Shown: positions 34,595-35,519 of the stretch, one piece after another
Layout of the letters: each line of letters opens with the position of its first letter
Numbering within the stretch: position 1 is the stretch's first letter
Origin: a virus
Lineage: Duplodnaviria > Caudoviricetes
Length of the DNA: 35,519 nucleotides
IMG/VR virus record: IMGVR_UViG_3300020045_010913
Span: 1-35,519 of that record
Reading direction: 5' to 3' (one strand)
Notes under the pieces: generated by a model
Told to the model about the DNA's origin: nothing
What the model saw: the letters and a program-made list of their open reading frames with translations, nothing else
Databases searched by the model: none
Made by a program: the position numbers and the translations under genes

Positions 34595-34695
34595 ACGTGC
34601 CAGTGGTATGATCGGCCAGACATCCAAGGGTACGCGAGCGCGTGCCCGCAAGCCGCTCAGCATTCAACCCCTGAACGGCAGGAGAGCAGGCAGAC

Positions 34696-35130
34696 ATGCA
34701 CAGTGAAGGACTCGGACGGCTGTTCAATGCCGTCTATCCGGCGGACGACGTGTACGTGTCGCTGGCCGATGCGGCCGGCGTGACGTTCCTCGGGCACGAG
34801 GTTGACGGCGCGACCGCGTTCGTCATCACGTTCGCAACAGCGGCCAGCGGCGGAATCACGTCCACCCCGTCAGTGATCACACAGTACTACGGTTCGTCTG
34901 CAGACGTTTCCGGCGGCGTGTGGCACAAGACAACTCAGACTGCCAGCAATACCGTCAACGCTGCGGATGGCACTGAGGACTTCGTCGCGATCTTCGTCAG
35001 CGCGGCGCAGTGTCCCGACGGGTACCCGTACGTGAAGTGCGCCGCTGACGGGTCCGGCACCGTCATGGCAATCACTCACGATCTGCTCCGTGGCCGCGCT
35101 CCGGCCAACCTGAGGAGCCTGACCGCATGA
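34696..35130 (+). CDS. Head-region virion protein (post-capsid)
   Basis: EGLGRLFN...HDL..R.P.NL pattern; SD GGAGAG; position in the head module. Confidence 0.65.
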   Translation: MHSEGLGRLFNAVYPADDVYVSLADAAGVTFLGHEVDGATAFVITFATAASGGITSTPSVITQYYGSSADVSGGVWHKTTQTASNTVNAADGTEDFVAIFVSAAQCPDGYPYVKCAADGSGTVMAITHDLLRGRAPANLRSLTA

Positions 35131-35519
35131 GCGTTCTGAATGACGCACTCGCGTTCAAAAAGGCGATCCTCGGGCTGTCCGTCTCCCGCGCGACGGCCGT
35201 GCTTCCGGCTACGACTCAGGCGGCAATCTTCACGATCGCTGGCGGTCGTGTCCTGGTGACGTCGCTGATCGGCACGTTCACCGTAGCCGGCAGCGCGACC
35301 GCCACCACCCTGAAGATCACGGGCAATCCGACGGCTGGTACCGACGTCGATCTCGCCACTGCAACCGCCGTGACCTCGAAAGAGGTCGGCTCGATCATCA
35401 CCCTGCCCGCTGCTGCGGGTGGCGCGGTGACCGTGGCGAACGCTGGTGGTGCCATGGTGCCGATCGCTTCCGCGCTGGTTCTGAACGTGGGAACGCTCGA
35501 CATCGTCACCAGCGCCACC
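35127..35519 (+). CDS. Partial Thr/Ala/Gly-rich virion protein (runs off the window; not in ORF track)
   Basis: MSVLNDALAFKKAILG...LPATTQAAIFTIAGGRVLVTSLIG; ATGA overlap; SD GAGGAG. Confidence 0.7.
   Translation, partial: MSVLNDALAFKKAILGLSVSRATAVLPATTQAAIFTIAGGRVLVTSLIGTFTVAGSATATTLKITGNPTAGTDVDLATATAVTSKEVGSIITLPAAAGGAVTVANAGGAMVPIASALVLNVGTLDIVTSAT

Overview
This GC-rich window is most of the genome of an actinobacterial siphovirus or prophage, read in permuted order. The host is probably a filamentous actinomycete (inference). It opens in the tail module (frameshifted assembly chaperones, tape measure, minor tail proteins) and continues through a lysis cassette. A leftward early arm follows, with a DUF2637-like membrane protein, a permuted NlpC/P60 enzyme, an SSB-like protein, two tRNA-like elements, a PD-(D/E)XK nuclease, an SF2 helicase and a LuxR-type HTH. 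The rightward arm holds a primase-helicase with an iteron array behind it, RusA, terminase, about 5 kb of accessory cassettes, HK97-type portal/protease/capsid, a second accessory insert with a secreted I36-like protein, and more head genes. No integrase or CI-like repressor is visible. The most unusual signals are: (i) single genes bracketed by two copies of one hairpin whose loops are reverse complements; (ii) three paralogs with near-identical leaderless promoters, conserved ends and 3, 7 and about 6.5 eleven-residue repeats; (iii) two tandem tRNA-like RNAs with non-canonical anticodon loops; (iv) a recurring hairpin plus leaderless-promoter layout. All product calls come from motif recognition by eye; no database searches were run.
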